Assembly: GCA_965263035.1 (NCBI GenBank) | Contig: OZ253580.1 | Coordinates: 64,001-128,000, forward strand | DNA length: 64,000 nt | Origin: Acidobacteriota bacterium | Lineage (GTDB): Bacteria; Acidobacteriota; UBA6911; RPQK01; JAJDTT01 | Direction of reading: 5' to 3' | Part shown: positions 39,211 through 50,636 of the stretch, in pieces | How the letters are laid out: each line of letters starts with the position of its first letter | Position numbering within the stretch: the stretch's first letter is position 1 | Notes under the pieces: model-generated | Told to the model about the DNA's origin: nothing | The model's input: only the letters and a program-made list of their open reading frames with translations | Database searches by the model: none | Position numbers and translations under genes: made by a program

Positions 39211-40473
39211 ATGGAGAGAACGATCTGGGACGTGGCGCGCCAGCAATTCTTCGAAGCGGCAGAGCTGACCGATCTGGACGACGATCTGAAGGAGGTCCTG
39301 AGCCAGTGCAACCGCGACCTGACCGTCCGGTTTCCGGTCTGCATGGACGACGGTTCCATCCGGGTCTTCGAAGGCTACCGGGTTCAGCACAATCAGGCCC
39401 GCGGACCCACCAAGGGTGGAATTCGTTACTCGCCTGAGGTGACCCTCGACGAGGTGAGAGCGCTGGCCATGTGGATGACGTGGAAGACGGCCGTGGTGCG
39501 GATTCCATACGGTGGGGCCAAGGGCGGGGTGATTTGCGACCCGCAAAGCATGAGCCTGGGCGAGCTGGAGAACCTGACCCGCCGGTACGCCTCCGAGATC
39601 TCCATCATCGTGGGCCGCGAGAAGGACATTCCGGCTCCCGACGTCAACACCAATCCCCAGATCATGGCCTGGTTCATGGACACGCTGTCCATGCGCAGCG
39701 GTTTTTCGGACGCTGGCGTGGTCACGGGCAAACCTATCGAGATCGGCGGCTCTCTGGGGCGTCTGGACGCCACCTCGCGGGGATGCCTCTACGTCGCCGA
39801 AGAAGCCCTCAAGGAGCGCGGGGAGACGCTGGAGGGCAAGACCGTTGCCATTCAGGGTTTCGGAAATGCCGGCAGCTTCGCCGCTTCTCTCTTCGCCCAG
39901 GCCGGAGCCCGGGTCGTGGCCGTCTGCGACTCCCGCGGAGGCGTCTACAACTCGGCCGGGCTGGATATGGACCGGCTGCTCCGGCTCAAGAAGGAAAATA
40001 CGACGGTGGCCGAATATCCGGACGGGGACCGGGTGGATCCGAAGCAACTCCTGGAACGGCCCTGCGACATCCTGATTCCGGCGGCCGTCGAGGACCAGAT
40101 CACCGAGGCCAATGCCGATCGGATTCAGGCCGGCATCGTGGTGGAAGCCGCCAACGGCCCCACCACACCGGAGGCGGACCGGATTCTGAACGAACGGGGG
40201 GTGACGGTGCTCCCCGACGTGCTGGCCAACGCCGGTGGCGTGACGGTGTCGTACTTCGAATGGGTTCAGGACCTGGGCTCCTTCTTCTGGGACGAGGACC
40301 GGGTCTACCGGGAGCTGAAGCGGGTCATGACGGCCGCGTACCGCGACGTTTCGGCCGAACTGGGCCGGCTCCAGAGTCTCCATGGCCCGCAGATCAACCA
40401 TCGACAGGCCGCGTATGTTCTGGCCATCCAGCGGGTCGCCCGGGCCACCCAGCTTCGGGGCATCTATCCCTGA
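39211..40473 (+). CDS. gdhA: Glu/Leu/Phe/Val dehydrogenase (glutamate dehydrogenase)
   Basis: RGPTKGGIRY, GGAKGG, DIPAPD, QGFGNAG, EAANGP, NAGGVTVSYFEWVQ. Confidence 0.9.
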   Translation: MERTIWDVARQQFFEAAELTDLDDDLKEVLSQCNRDLTVRFPVCMDDGSIRVFEGYRVQHNQARGPTKGGIRYSPEVTLDEVRALAMWMTWKTAVVRIPYGGAKGGVICDPQSMSLGELENLTRRYASEISIIVGREKDIPAPDVNTNPQIMAWFMDTLSMRSGFSDAGVVTGKPIEIGGSLGRLDATSRGCLYVAEEALKERGETLEGKTVAIQGFGNAGSFAASLFAQAGARVVAVCDSRGGVYNSAGLDMDRLLRLKKENTTVAEYPDGDRVDPKQLLERPCDILIPAAVEDQITEANADRIQAGIVVEAANGPTTPEADRILNERGVTVLPDVLANAGGVTVSYFEWVQDLGSFFWDEDRVYRELKRVMTAAYRDVSAELGRLQSLHGPQINHRQAAYVLAIQRVARATQLRGIYP

Positions 40474-40496
40474 AGGCGAGGAGCGGCGGCTTCTAG

Positions 40497-40655
40497 GAGC
40501 CTGCGCCGCAGAAATTGATCTACTGCGAAAGCGGTAGAATCGGTCCATATTTCCTCGATTTCTCGGCGAATAGAACAACTATGCACCTCCAAATCGAGAA
40601 AATCTGGCCTCGATTCCCCACTTTCTCGCTACGATCATTTCTACCGCGCAGACTC
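40497..40655. mobile_element. 159-bp MITE, copy 2, inserted in the loop of a family-A REP
   Basis: CTAG TSD; excision restores GGAGCGGCGGCTTCTAGCCGCCGAA. Confidence 0.9.
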
Positions 40656-40875
40656 CTAGCCGCCGAACTCGGGTGGAGCAATGAACATAGAGGGAACGGG
40701 CGATTGGGAACTCGCCCCTCCGGGCGAGTGAAAAGGGTGAATCACAGCGGCTCTTTCGGAGGAGTGGGTTAAGATAGCGGCCTTGCGGGAAAAGCCCCGG
40801 CGGGCGTATTCTTGATCGTAATTCGTCCACCGGGATGTGGCGAATCCGCGGGGCTTCCCAGCGCGGGCACATGAG

Positions 40876-43800
40876 ATGATGGTGTTTTCCAGATCTGCAC
40901 TTCCGCTCGTCATAATCTTGGCGGTCGCTTCGGCTACAGGGACGGAGGGCTCGACCGCGAGGCGTCCGGACCCGACCGTCGAGTTCAACCGGGACATTCG
41001 GCCGATCCTGTCGGACAAGTGCTTCGCCTGTCACGGGCCGGACGAAAACAAGCGCATGAGTCCCTTGCGCCTGGACACGCCGGATGGCGCTCTGGCCGAT
41101 CTGGGCGGCCGCTTCGCCATCGTTCCGGGAGACGCGGAGGGGAGCGGCCTCATCAACCGGGTGAACTCGGGGGACAGCCTGGCCCGAATGCCTCCGAGCT
41201 ACTCGGGGAAGAGCCTCTCGGATCATGAGAAGGATCTCCTCCGGAGCTGGATCGATCAGGGCGCCCACTGGCAGAGCCACTGGTCGTTCCGTCCCCCCGT
41301 ACGGCCGGAACCGCCGACCGTCAGCGATCCGGAGTGGGTCCGGAATCCCATTGACCGATTCGTTCTGGCCCGTCTGGAAGGGGCCGGGCTGAAGCCGTCT
41401 TCCGAGGCCGATCCGGCCGCGCTCATCCGCCGGGCCTCGCTGGACCTGACCGGCTTTCCTCCCGAGCCGGAGGACATGGACCGCTTTCTGGAGGACCCGA
41501 CCGACGAAGCGTATGGGTGGGCCGTCGACCGGTTGCTCAACTCGCCCCGCTACGGGGAGCGCATGGCCATTCGTTGGCTGGACGCCGCCCGCTATGCCGA
41601 CACCAACGGCTACCAGACCGACGCCGAGCGCAGCATGTGGCGCTGGCGCGACTGGGTGATCGACGCCTTCAACCGGAACCTCCCCTTCGACGACTTCACC
41701 GTCGAGCAGGTCGCAGGCGACATGCTGCCGGACGCCACGCTGGATCAGCGGATCGCCAGCGCCTTCAATCGCAACCACCGCGGAAACGGGGAAGGCGGGA
41801 TCATTCCCGAGGAATACCGGGTGGAATACGTGGTGGATCGGGTCGAGACCACCTCCACGGTCTGGTTGGGCCTGACCATGGGCTGCGCCCGCTGTCACGA
41901 TCACAAGTACGACCCCCTCACCCAGCGCGAGTTCTACGAGATGTTCGCCTACTTCAACAACGTCCCGGAGAAGGGACGAGCGTTCAAGTACGGGAACTCT
42001 CCCCCCTTCATCCCGGCGCCGACGGACGCTCAGCAGCGCCGGTTGAAGGAGTTGGAGGCGGAGCTGGCCGGGGCGAAACGGAAATTCGAAGAGCACGGAC
42101 CCGAACTGGACCGGCTCCAGAGATCGTGGGAAGAGGCGCTCACGAACTCGAACCTGGTCAACTGGTCCCTGCGCGACGACCTGGAAGTCGCCTACTCCCT
42201 GGACGGGCACCTGACGGCCGACACTCCGGGTGTGCATCCTCCCAAGGCCCGGCTCCTGGACGGAGTGCCTCACTTCGTTCCGGGTCCCGTCGGAACGGCG
42301 GCCAGCTTCGACAACAAGAGATACGTGGACGCCGGCACGGTCGCCGCATTCGAAGTCACCGACCGCTTCACGTTGGCGGCATGGGTCCGGCCCGAGACTT
42401 CCGAGGGGGCCATTCTCTCCAAGACCCAGAGTGAGTTCGAGGGAGAGGGTCAGGGCTCTCGCGGGTACGGCCTCTTTCTGCGAGACGGGAAGCTCCAGCT
42501 GAATCTGGTCGTGCGCTGGTTGGACGACTCGCTCCGGGTCGAGACGGTCGAGGCGCTGAAGCCCGGCGAGTGGCGCCATGTGGCCGCGACCTACGACGCC
42601 TCGTTCCAGGCCAAGGGCATCCGGATCTACATCGACGGCAAGCCGGCGCCGGTCCGGGTCCTGCTGGACTTCATGAACCAGAACTTCTACGTCAAGGATC
42701 CGTTGCGGATCGGCGCGGCCGGTCCCAAGGAGCGGTTTCGAGGTCAGATCGACGACATCCGCATCTACCGCGGCGTCGTTCCCCCGGAGCGCATCGCCGT
42801 CCTCGCCACCAGCCAGAGCCTGGACCGGATCGCCCGGATCCCACAGGCCGAGAGGACCCCGGGACAGACTGAAAAGCTGAGCCTCGGCTTCGTGGATCAG
42901 TACGCGCCCGAGGAAATCCAGGACAGCTGGCGGCGGGTCCTGGAACTGGCGGCCGAGCGGAAGCGCTTGGTCCAGAGCTTTCCCACCGTCATGGTGATGC
43001 AGGAGCGAACGACTCCCCGGGAGACCTTCATCCTGGACCGGGGAGCCTACGACAGCCCGACGGAGAGGGTCGAGCCCGGCGTCCCCGCCCTGTTCCCGGG
43101 ACTCCGGAACGGCGCGCCTGCGAATCGGCTGGAATTCGCCCGCTGGCTGGTGGACCCGTCCAACCCCCTCACGGCGCGGGTCACCGTCAACCGTTTCTGG
43201 CAGATGTATTTTGGGCAGGGCCTGGTCCGGACGGCCGAGAATTTCGGCTCTCAGGGAGAGTGGCCCACCCATCCCCTCCTGCTTGACTGGCTGGCCACCG
43301 AGTTCATGGATTCGGGCTGGGATGTGAAGGCGCTCCAACGGGCCATCGTCTTGAGCGCAACGTATCGACAGTCCTCCCAATCGACTCCCGAAATCCGTTC
43401 CCGGGACCCGCAGAACCGGCTCTTGGCCCGGGGGCCCCGCTTCCGGCTTCCGGCCGAAGTGATTCGGGACCAGGCTATGTTCCTGGCTGGTCTGATGGTG
43501 GAGAAACAAGGGGGACCGTCCGTGAAGCCCTATCAGCCGGACGGGCTGTGGGAAGAGCTCACCAGCGGGCAGTTCTACAATCAGAGTGAGGGAGAAGATC
43601 TCTATCGGCGAAGTCTCTACACCTACTGGAAGCGGACGATAGCTCCGCCCTTCATGCTCACCTTCGACGCTTCGGGGAGGGAGGCCTGCGCGGTGCTGGA
43701 AACACGGACCAACACGCCGTTGCAGGCCTTGAACCTGATGAACGACGTGACCTACGTGGAGGCCGCCCGTTTTCTGGCTCAGCGGATGATGCTGGAAGGG

Positions 43801-44061
43801 GGCGCCTCACCCGGGGAACGGATCGGATTCGCCTACCGGTTGGCCACGGGCCGGCGGCCCGACGCCCGGAGAGAGGCGATCCTCCTGGAGAGCTACCACC
43901 ACCATCGGGCCAACTACGAAGAGGATCGAAAGGCGGCGCTCCAACTGGTGAGCCAGGGAGAGAGACCCCGAAACCCGGAGTTGGACTTGGCGGAGCTGGC
44001 CTCATACACAACGGTGGCCAGCCTGATCCTGAACCTGGACGAGACCATCTCCAAGGAATAA
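40876..44061 (+). CDS. PSD1/DUF1549/DUF1553 cytochrome c protein with a LamG/ConA insert (start uncertain)
   Basis: [60 protein letters not shown]. Confidence 0.9.
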   Translation: MMVFSRSALPLVIILAVASATGTEGSTARRPDPTVEFNRDIRPILSDKCFACHGPDENKRMSPLRLDTPDGALADLGGRFAIVPGDAEGSGLINRVNSGDSLARMPPSYSGKSLSDHEKDLLRSWIDQGAHWQSHWSFRPPVRPEPPTVSDPEWVRNPIDRFVLARLEGAGLKPSSEADPAALIRRASLDLTGFPPEPEDMDRFLEDPTDEAYGWAVDRLLNSPRYGERMAIRWLDAARYADTNGYQTDAERSMWRWRDWVIDAFNRNLPFDDFTVEQVAGDMLPDATLDQRIASAFNRNHRGNGEGGIIPEEYRVEYVVDRVETTSTVWLGLTMGCARCHDHKYDPLTQREFYEMFAYFNNVPEKGRAFKYGNSPPFIPAPTDAQQRRLKELEAELAGAKRKFEEHGPELDRLQRSWEEALTNSNLVNWSLRDDLEVAYSLDGHLTADTPGVHPPKARLLDGVPHFVPGPVGTAASFDNKRYVDAGTVAAFEVTDRFTLAAWVRPETSEGAILSKTQSEFEGEGQGSRGYGLFLRDGKLQLNLVVRWLDDSLRVETVEALKPGEWRHVAATYDASFQAKGIRIYIDGKPAPVRVLLDFMNQNFYVKDPLRIGAAGPKERFRGQIDDIRIYRGVVPPERIAVLATSQSLDRIARIPQAERTPGQTEKLSLGFVDQYAPEEIQDSWRRVLELAAERKRLVQSFPTVMVMQERTTPRETFILDRGAYDSPTERVEPGVPALFPGLRNGAPANRLEFARWLVDPSNPLTARVTVNRFWQMYFGQGLVRTAENFGSQGEWPTHPLLLDWLATEFMDSGWDVKALQRAIVLSATYRQSSQSTPEIRSRDPQNRLLARGPRFRLPAEVIRDQAMFLAGLMVEKQGGPSVKPYQPDGLWEELTSGQFYNQSEGEDLYRRSLYTYWKRTIAPPFMLTFDASGREACAVLETRTNTPLQALNLMNDVTYVEAARFLAQRMMLEGGASPGERIGFAYRLATGRRPDARREAILLESYHHHRANYEEDRKAALQLVSQGERPRNPELDLAELASYTTVASLILNLDETISKE

Positions 44062-44065
44062 GACG

Positions 44066-45541
44066 ATGGATCCACGACCTGAAATGGGCCTGCTCCAGAC
44101 CCGGCGTCATTTCTTCGGGCTCGGCAGCACAGGGATCGGGACGGCGGCTCTGGCGACGCTCCTGAATCGGGACCTGGGCGCTGCGGTGTTCGGACGGTTG
44201 CCGTCCGGCGCCGACACTTTGCGCGGGTTACCCGGCTTTCCGCATTTCGCTCCCACCGCCAAGCGGGTCATCTACCTGTTCCAGTCGGGAGCCCCCTCGC
44301 AGATGGAGCTTTTCGACTACAAGCCGGGACTGCAGGAGCTGCGAGGAACGGAGCTTCCCGACTCCATCCGCAAGGGGCAGCGCCTGACCGGCATGACGGC
44401 CACCCAGTCCAGCTTCCCGGTGGCTCCCACGCTGTTCAAGTTCAGCCAGCATGGCCAGTCGGGGGCCTGGGTCAGCGAACTCATGCCGCATACCGCCGGA
44501 ATCGCCGACGACATCAGTTTCGTGAAATCCATGCATACGGAGGCCATCAATCACGACCCGGCGGTCACCTTCTTCCAGACCGGAGCCCAGTTGGCCGGCC
44601 GGCCCAGCATCGGCTCCTGGATCTCCTACGGCCTGGGCAGCGACACCGAGGACCTGCCGTCGTTCGTGGTCATGGTCTCCATGGGAACGGGGGCGCCCGG
44701 CGGTCAGCCGCTTTACGACCGGCTCTGGGGCAGCGGCTTCCTTCCGACGCGCTACCAGGGAGTGAAATTCCGGTCCGTGGGAGACCCGGTCCTGTTCCTC
44801 TCCAATCCACCCGGCCTGAATCGGGCCGGCCGCCGGCGATTTCTGGACGATCTGGGCCGCCTCAACCAGCTCAAGGCCAAGGAATACCAGGACCCGGAGA
44901 TCACCACACGGATCTCTCAGTACGAGATGGCCTATCGAATGCAGGCGTCGGTTCCGGACCTGACCGATCTCTCGGACGAGCCGGAGCGGATTTTCGAACT
45001 GTACGGTCCGGAGTCCCGGAAACCGGGCACCTTCGCGGCCAACTGCCTGCTGGCCCGGCGTCTGGCCGAGCGAGGCGTACGGTTCATCCAGCTCTTTCAC
45101 CGGGGCTGGGATCAGCACACCCGCCTTCCCAAGCAGATCCGGGGACAGTGCTACGATACGGACCAGCCGTCGGCCGCCCTGGTTCAGGACCTCAAGGAGC
45201 GAGGGCTACTGGAGGACACCCTGGTCATCTGGGGAGGAGAGTTCGGACGAACCGTCTATTCCCAGGGGCGTCTCACGGAGGACGACTACGGACGGGACCA
45301 CCATCCCCGCTGCTTCACCATCTGGTTGGCCGGAGGCGGCGTCCGGCCGGGAATCGTCCATGGAGAGACCGACGACTTCTGCTACAACATCACTCGGGAC
45401 CCCGTCCACGTCCACGATCTTCAGGCCACCATCCTCCACTGCCTGGGAATCGACCACACGCGCTTGACCTACAAGTACCAGGGCCGGGACTTCAGGCTCA
45501 CCGACGTTCATGGAAACCCGGTGAAACCGATCCTCTCCTGA
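44066..45541 (+). CDS. DUF1501 family protein
   Basis: [34 protein letters not shown]. Confidence 0.92.
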   Translation: MDPRPEMGLLQTRRHFFGLGSTGIGTAALATLLNRDLGAAVFGRLPSGADTLRGLPGFPHFAPTAKRVIYLFQSGAPSQMELFDYKPGLQELRGTELPDSIRKGQRLTGMTATQSSFPVAPTLFKFSQHGQSGAWVSELMPHTAGIADDISFVKSMHTEAINHDPAVTFFQTGAQLAGRPSIGSWISYGLGSDTEDLPSFVVMVSMGTGAPGGQPLYDRLWGSGFLPTRYQGVKFRSVGDPVLFLSNPPGLNRAGRRRFLDDLGRLNQLKAKEYQDPEITTRISQYEMAYRMQASVPDLTDLSDEPERIFELYGPESRKPGTFAANCLLARRLAERGVRFIQLFHRGWDQHTRLPKQIRGQCYDTDQPSAALVQDLKERGLLEDTLVIWGGEFGRTVYSQGRLTEDDYGRDHHPRCFTIWLAGGGVRPGIVHGETDDFCYNITRDPVHVHDLQATILHCLGIDHTRLTYKYQGRDFRLTDVHGNPVKPILS

Positions 45542-45575
45542 CCCGTTTTTCATCTCCCCAGAAAGGAGTCATGGC

Positions 45576-46814
45576 ATGGGCACCTTGCTCACGGTGGCCG
45601 CGCTCACGCTGATCATCTCGGGAATGTGCTCGCTCTTCGAGGCGACCCTCTACTCGACGACGGTTCCGACTCTGGAGGCGGCCCAGACCAAGGGTCGGAG
45701 ACGCCACTTGGCGCGTCGCTTCCTGGCCATGAAGACGGACATCGCCCGCCCCACTTCGGCCATTCTGATCCTGAACACCCTCGCCAATACCGGAGGCGCC
45801 ACCCTCGCCGGCATGTACGCCGCCCAGGTCCTGGGCGTGTCCTGGGTTCCGGTTTTCTCAGGGGGGCTGACCCTGAGCATTCTGCTGCTGTCGGAAATCC
45901 TCCCCAAGACCTACGGCGCCGTTCATTGGCGACGTCTCTGGCCCTTCATCGTCTGGCCGCTGGCGAGCATGGAGAAACTCTTCTACCCGATCATTCGCTC
46001 TTTGGAGGGGCTGACCCGGCTCCTGACCCGGGGGACCCCGGTGGGCCAACCGACCGAAGGGGAGATTCTCTCCATGATCCGGTCGGGGGCCCGCTCGGGC
46101 GAGTTGAGCGCCACCGAGCTGCAGCTGCTGAACTCCGTCTTCCGCTTCGACGAGATGGTCTGCCGCCAAGCAATGGTGCCGCGCCGCGAGGTCGCCTTCC
46201 TGAAGCTGGATGACAGCTTGGACGAGGCCCTGGCGCTGGCCCGGCAGACGAGTCACTCGCGCTATCCCCTTTGCCGGACCTCCCTGGACGATGCCATGGG
46301 CCTGATCCATATCAAGGACCTCCTCAACGTCTCCCGGGATCAGAACGCGGATCTGGTCTCTCTGGCCAGATCCTTCCCGGCGATCCCGGAAACCCTCCCC
46401 CTGAGCCGGCTGCTCCGGCGCATGCAGGCGGACCATCTGCACATGGCTCTGGTGTTGGACGAGCACGGAACCGCGGTGGGGGTCATCACCCTGGAGAACG
46501 TGCTGGAGGAACTCGTGGGAGCGGTTCAGGACGAGTTCGACCGGGAGACCCCGGACATCGTGGCCGACGGGGAGGATCGATTCCGGGTCAAGGGGCAGAT
46601 CTCACTGGGCCGGCTCAATCAGGAGCTGGAACTGGAACTGGAAGCCCCGCACGTGGACACCCTCTCCGGCCTGATCGTGAGCCACCTGGGCCGCCTGCCC
46701 ACCAGAGGCGACCTGTTGGAGCTGGAACAGGTCACCGCCCGGGTGCTGGAGGTCAAACAGGGGCTGGCGTCCCAGGTCCGGCTTCAGATCAAGCCGAAGC
46801 CCCCGGACCTGTGA
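45576..46814 (+). CDS. CNNM/hemolysin family CBS-CorC protein
   Basis: SLFEATL, EILPKTYG, MVPRREV, HSRYPL, VLDEHG..TLENVLEELVG. Confidence 0.9.
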   Translation: MGTLLTVAALTLIISGMCSLFEATLYSTTVPTLEAAQTKGRRRHLARRFLAMKTDIARPTSAILILNTLANTGGATLAGMYAAQVLGVSWVPVFSGGLTLSILLLSEILPKTYGAVHWRRLWPFIVWPLASMEKLFYPIIRSLEGLTRLLTRGTPVGQPTEGEILSMIRSGARSGELSATELQLLNSVFRFDEMVCRQAMVPRREVAFLKLDDSLDEALALARQTSHSRYPLCRTSLDDAMGLIHIKDLLNVSRDQNADLVSLARSFPAIPETLPLSRLLRRMQADHLHMALVLDEHGTAVGVITLENVLEELVGAVQDEFDRETPDIVADGEDRFRVKGQISLGRLNQELELELEAPHVDTLSGLIVSHLGRLPTRGDLLELEQVTARVLEVKQGLASQVRLQIKPKPPDL

Positions 46815-47569
46815 TGGCAGGCGTGGCCCAACCCGTTCATTCCCGGCTCTTTCTGATCCTGTTTTTCGTTGCCGCCACCACGGCAACATCCTGCATCCTG
46901 CGCTCCGGGCAACAGTATCGCCATTTCTCCACACCCACTCCCATCGCACAGGACGACACGTTGATTCTGGGCTTCATGGGCGGCCGCGACGCTTGGAACA
47001 ACACCGCAGTCGGCGTGGGCCGTCTGGCCGGGAAACTCCGTAATCTCGCTCTTGCGGGAGTGCACGTCGAGACGGTCGAGAACCGGAAGCGGGATCTGGC
47101 TCTTCGTTTCGTCCGCTCGGCTCTGGACGCGAACCGTGACGGAAGGCTTCAGTCCGCCGAACGCCTTCAGGCGCGCATCGTGGTTTATGGCCAGAGTTTC
47201 GGGGGGGCCGCCGTCGTGAAATTTGCCCACCAGCTCTATACACTGGATATCCCGATCCTTCTGACCATCCAAGTGGACAGCGTCGGCCGTGGGGACGGCA
47301 TGATTCCCCCCAACGTCCGCGCCGCGGCCAATATCTACCAAGACAACGGACGCCTGATCCGGGGGGAGGCGCCGATCCGGGCCGCCGATCCGAGCCGCAC
47401 CGAGATTCTCGGCAACTTCCGCTTCGATTACCAGAACAGCCCCATCGATGTATCCGATCTCCCCTGGTACAAGACCCTCGCCCGCGTGGCCCACGCCAAA
47501 ATGGACCGCGACCCCGAGGTTTGGAACAAAGTAGAGACGCTGATACTGGAGGTCCTGGGAGAGCCCTAA
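46814..47569 (+). CDS. Hypothetical exported alpha/beta-hydrolase-like protein
   Basis: Hydrophobic leader, YGQSFGG nucleophile-elbow motif; TGATG overlap. Confidence 0.65.
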   Translation: MAGVAQPVHSRLFLILFFVAATTATSCILRSGQQYRHFSTPTPIAQDDTLILGFMGGRDAWNNTAVGVGRLAGKLRNLALAGVHVETVENRKRDLALRFVRSALDANRDGRLQSAERLQARIVVYGQSFGGAAVVKFAHQLYTLDIPILLTIQVDSVGRGDGMIPPNVRAAANIYQDNGRLIRGEAPIRAADPSRTEILGNFRFDYQNSPIDVSDLPWYKTLARVAHAKMDRDPEVWNKVETLILEVLGEP

Positions 47570-47714
47570 AGGAGAGGAGCATCCACAGCGGCCGGAGTCC
47601 CACGTTGTCATAACGGAACCCTTCTTTGTCTCCGCCGACAGGTGGTTATGAAATCGCCGCCCATTTCCCATCTTCCGTTTGGAATTTGGAATCTGGAATC
47701 TGTCCGAGTTGGGG

Positions 47715-47787
47715 TGGGCCGTGCTGGGATCGAACCAGCGACCCTCTGCTTAAAAGGCAGATGCTCTACCGACTGAGCTAACGGCCC
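47715..47787 (-). tRNA. tRNA-Lys(TTT)
   Basis: GGGCCGTTAGCTCAGTCGGTAGAGCATCTGCCTTTTAAGCAGAGGGTCGCTGGTTCGATCCCAGCACGGCCCA; CCA not encoded. Confidence 0.97.
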
Positions 47788-48190
47788 ACGGTTGGACGCC
47801 GGAAGAACGCCCTCCGCCCAGGCTGGGGTTTCCGGCGAACGTCAGTCTAGCAAATCCCCTTGAGTCGGGCTATGGATTCCGGGTTTGCACCGCCTGCCTC
47901 TTCCCCGCCTCCGACGTGGACACTTGGTCCGCATGATCGCAAATATCTGACTCAGTTGGTGTCAGTGTGCCTCTTCCCAATACCGGCCGCTCCCAAAAGC
48001 GAATCGGTTGCTGAGAGTCGATCTGCTCCCGCATGATCGACGCATAAGTGCGCAGACGAGGAACAAGGGACAAAATATCAGCGGCCGAGGGTGAACCCCG
48101 ACGCCCTTTCGTTGATCGAATCAATCGAGAGCAGCGTACTCCCGGGCTTGGACACCAACCGTGCAAATCGGAATCCGACCCTGCAGCTCC

Positions 48191-49699
48191 ATGAGTTCTC
48201 TCTGCCGCAATCTCGCCGGGTGCCTGCTGGCGCTCTGCATAGGATCGTCTTGGACGATCCAGGCGCAGGATCAGATCCCCAGCTTCCGGGCCGAATCGGA
48301 CGTCGTGCTCGTGGACCTCATCGTCACCGACCGGAACGGGAACTTCGTGGCCGATCTGAAGCCGGAAGAGGTCCAAGTTTTCGACGACGGAACACGTCAG
48401 GACCTCCGATTCTTTCGACTTGAACGTGGGGACTCGCTTCCCGGCAAGTTAACCCAGGACGAAAATTCCCTTTCTACGGGCTCCTACTATGCATTTCTCG
48501 TCGATCTACAGACGCTGACCCTGGAAACGGTGGAGAGAAGCAAGGAAGCGATTCGAGAGTTCCTACGGTCCGAGATCGAACCCAGCGACTATTTCATGTT
48601 GGCTGCAATCGGTCCCAAACTTCGCGTCATTCAATCATTTACACGTAATCTCTTAGCGCTGGAACAGGCCTTGGATCAGATTTCCTACTATCCATGGTTG
48701 CCGCCGGGTATCACTCCTCATGAAGTACTCTACTTGGTCGGCAGACAGGGGGATCTGTCATGCCACGCGCTATCAGCTATTTCCCGTCATCTCGGCTCTT
48801 TGCCAAACAGAAAGCATGTTCTTTACTTCTCAAGAGGGTACCCGCTGAACATGTCGACACGTGTGCGTTTCGATCCCAGACGCCCCAGGACCTCACCCAG
48901 GGCCACTTACTCTCTGACGAGCAAATTACTTTCCACGGTAGATCAGGCGAATCGTAATCAGGTGACCCTGCACGGTATCGACCCTCGAGGATTGATGACG
49001 AGCCTGAGTCCCTCCGTGAGTGGTTCGGCCGTTGAGGCTACCCGCGAATTTCTGGCGATGCTCTCGACGAAGACCGGGGGGCTTCTCGCAACCAACGAAA
49101 ACGAACTGCTCGCTCCCGTTCGAGAGGCGTATCTCGACGGCCGGGCGTACTATCTCCTGGGATATGTGCCGCATACGAAGAGGAAGGTCGGCAAGTTTCA
49201 CGAAATCACCGTCCGCGTGGATCGCGAGGATCTCCGCCTCCGGTACCGCAGGGGATACGAGGATCGGGACCCGCTGGTCGCCGCACAATCGGAGCTGGCG
49301 AATGCATTCAAGTTTCCAGATCTGTACAGCGACTTTCCATTCGAACTTGATGTCGTTCCCAAGGGCGGAAGGCTTGCCGTGCGTGCCCGGATTCCTACGA
49401 AAGTGCTTCGCTTTAATTCGGAAGGTGAGAAGTACCGTTGCGTTCTTGAGATCTTCGGAGTCGTTTTCGACGAGTTCGACGAGCCCACGGAGAAGGGATT
49501 TTTCCTGACTAAGAGCATCGACCTCGACTTCGATACCAAAGGGCTGGAGACCTTCCTTGGTTACGAGACCCTCGGGCCCTGGATGGAGAAGGATTTGCCG
49601 GAAAAGGGCAACTATCTCGTGGTTGTGCTCCGGCAGAACCTATCGGGAGAACTGGCTGCTGCCAAGGCTGGTCTCGAGATGATGAAGATCGTAGATTAA
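48191..49699 (+). CDS. VWA-domain protein, acidobacterial VWFA-related type
   Basis: VVLVDLIVTDRNGNFVADL, RKHVLYFSRG, TGG..N, YYLLGYVP, FHEITVRV..RYRRGY. Confidence 0.85.
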   Translation: MSSLCRNLAGCLLALCIGSSWTIQAQDQIPSFRAESDVVLVDLIVTDRNGNFVADLKPEEVQVFDDGTRQDLRFFRLERGDSLPGKLTQDENSLSTGSYYAFLVDLQTLTLETVERSKEAIREFLRSEIEPSDYFMLAAIGPKLRVIQSFTRNLLALEQALDQISYYPWLPPGITPHEVLYLVGRQGDLSCHALSAISRHLGSLPNRKHVLYFSRGYPLNMSTRVRFDPRRPRTSPRATYSLTSKLLSTVDQANRNQVTLHGIDPRGLMTSLSPSVSGSAVEATREFLAMLSTKTGGLLATNENELLAPVREAYLDGRAYYLLGYVPHTKRKVGKFHEITVRVDREDLRLRYRRGYEDRDPLVAAQSELANAFKFPDLYSDFPFELDVVPKGGRLAVRARIPTKVLRFNSEGEKYRCVLEIFGVVFDEFDEPTEKGFFLTKSIDLDFDTKGLETFLGYETLGPWMEKDLPEKGNYLVVVLRQNLSGELAAAKAGLEMMKIVD

Positions 49700-49868
49700 G
49701 CGTCCCACAGAAAACGAATCAGTTGATCAAGCTGACCGGAGTTACCTGAGCGGGCGGTGTCGGAGCAGCATATCGACGAAATCGGAGCAACGGTACGAAA
49801 TCACTTCCTCATTAGACAACGTGGTACGACTGGTCGAACAATCTTTTCAATTTGGATGGAGGCGTACC

Positions 49869-50093
49869 ATGAAGACGATTGGATCCGCAAAATTCACAGA
49901 GCAGTCCTTGACTCTGATGGATCGGCCGGATGCAGAGGGCTTGATCGTCACCAAGCACGGCAAACCGATCGCACGCGTCCTTCCCTACAATCAGGATTGC
50001 GCAGACCTGATCAGCAGCTTGAAACACAAGATTGAGATTCGGGGCGATATCTTGACGGCCGGTCGCCGCTGGAACGCAGATGCTCAATCTTGA
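49869..50093 (+). CDS. Phd/YefM antitoxin
   Basis: VTKHGKPIARVLP. Confidence 0.82.
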   Translation: MKTIGSAKFTEQSLTLMDRPDAEGLIVTKHGKPIARVLPYNQDCADLISSLKHKIEIRGDILTAGRRWNADAQS

Positions 50094-50442
50094 TACTCAC
50101 ATTCTTGTCCGTGCTCTGAATGGTGAACTCCGCCCGTCCGAGCGGTCCCTTCTGGCCCGGGACAAATGGTCCGTTTCCGCCATTGTGCTTTGGGAGCTGG
50201 CCCAACTGGTTCAACTCGGCCGGATGGATATCGACCTAATCGACCGCGAAGTGATGCGCACAATGATCCGCGTGCAGGTCTGGCCGATCGATCTCGCCGT
50301 CGCCATCGCGTCTAACCGTCTCGACTTCCAGGGCGATCCGGCGGACGAACTCATTGCCGCGACCAGTATCGTGCACAACGTGCCGCTCCTCACCCGCGAC
50401 CGCGCCATCCGGGGTTCGAGTATCGTCCCGTTGGACGGGTAG
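50080..50442 (+). CDS. vapC: VapC PIN toxin
   Basis: LDTHIL, SAIVLWE, DPADELIAAT, LLTRD. Confidence 0.88.
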   Translation: MLNLDTHILVRALNGELRPSERSLLARDKWSVSAIVLWELAQLVQLGRMDIDLIDREVMRTMIRVQVWPIDLAVAIASNRLDFQGDPADELIAATSIVHNVPLLTRDRAIRGSSIVPLDG

Positions 50443-50636
50443 CCCGGATATCTCGTGTGCTCTCGAACGACTAGCCGTAAACGACTGAAAACAGGATCAA
50501 TGCAGGAAACGGCGGAGAGGGCGAGAATCTAAAGTACGCTTTAAATGATTGATTTTAAAAGGATTGAGGTCATTGTTTTTGAGGTGCCCCCACAGTTGCC
50601 CCCTGATTTTGAAATGTCGTTACTGGCCTCGGCCCG

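Noticed and set aside
47570-47790. tRNA-Lys as an island integration site
   Set aside because: No integrase and no duplicated 3' end seen in the window
50440-50454. 15-bp match (TAGCCCGGATATCTC) to the IS1380 end
   Set aside because: No partner end or transposase remnant nearby; may be chance
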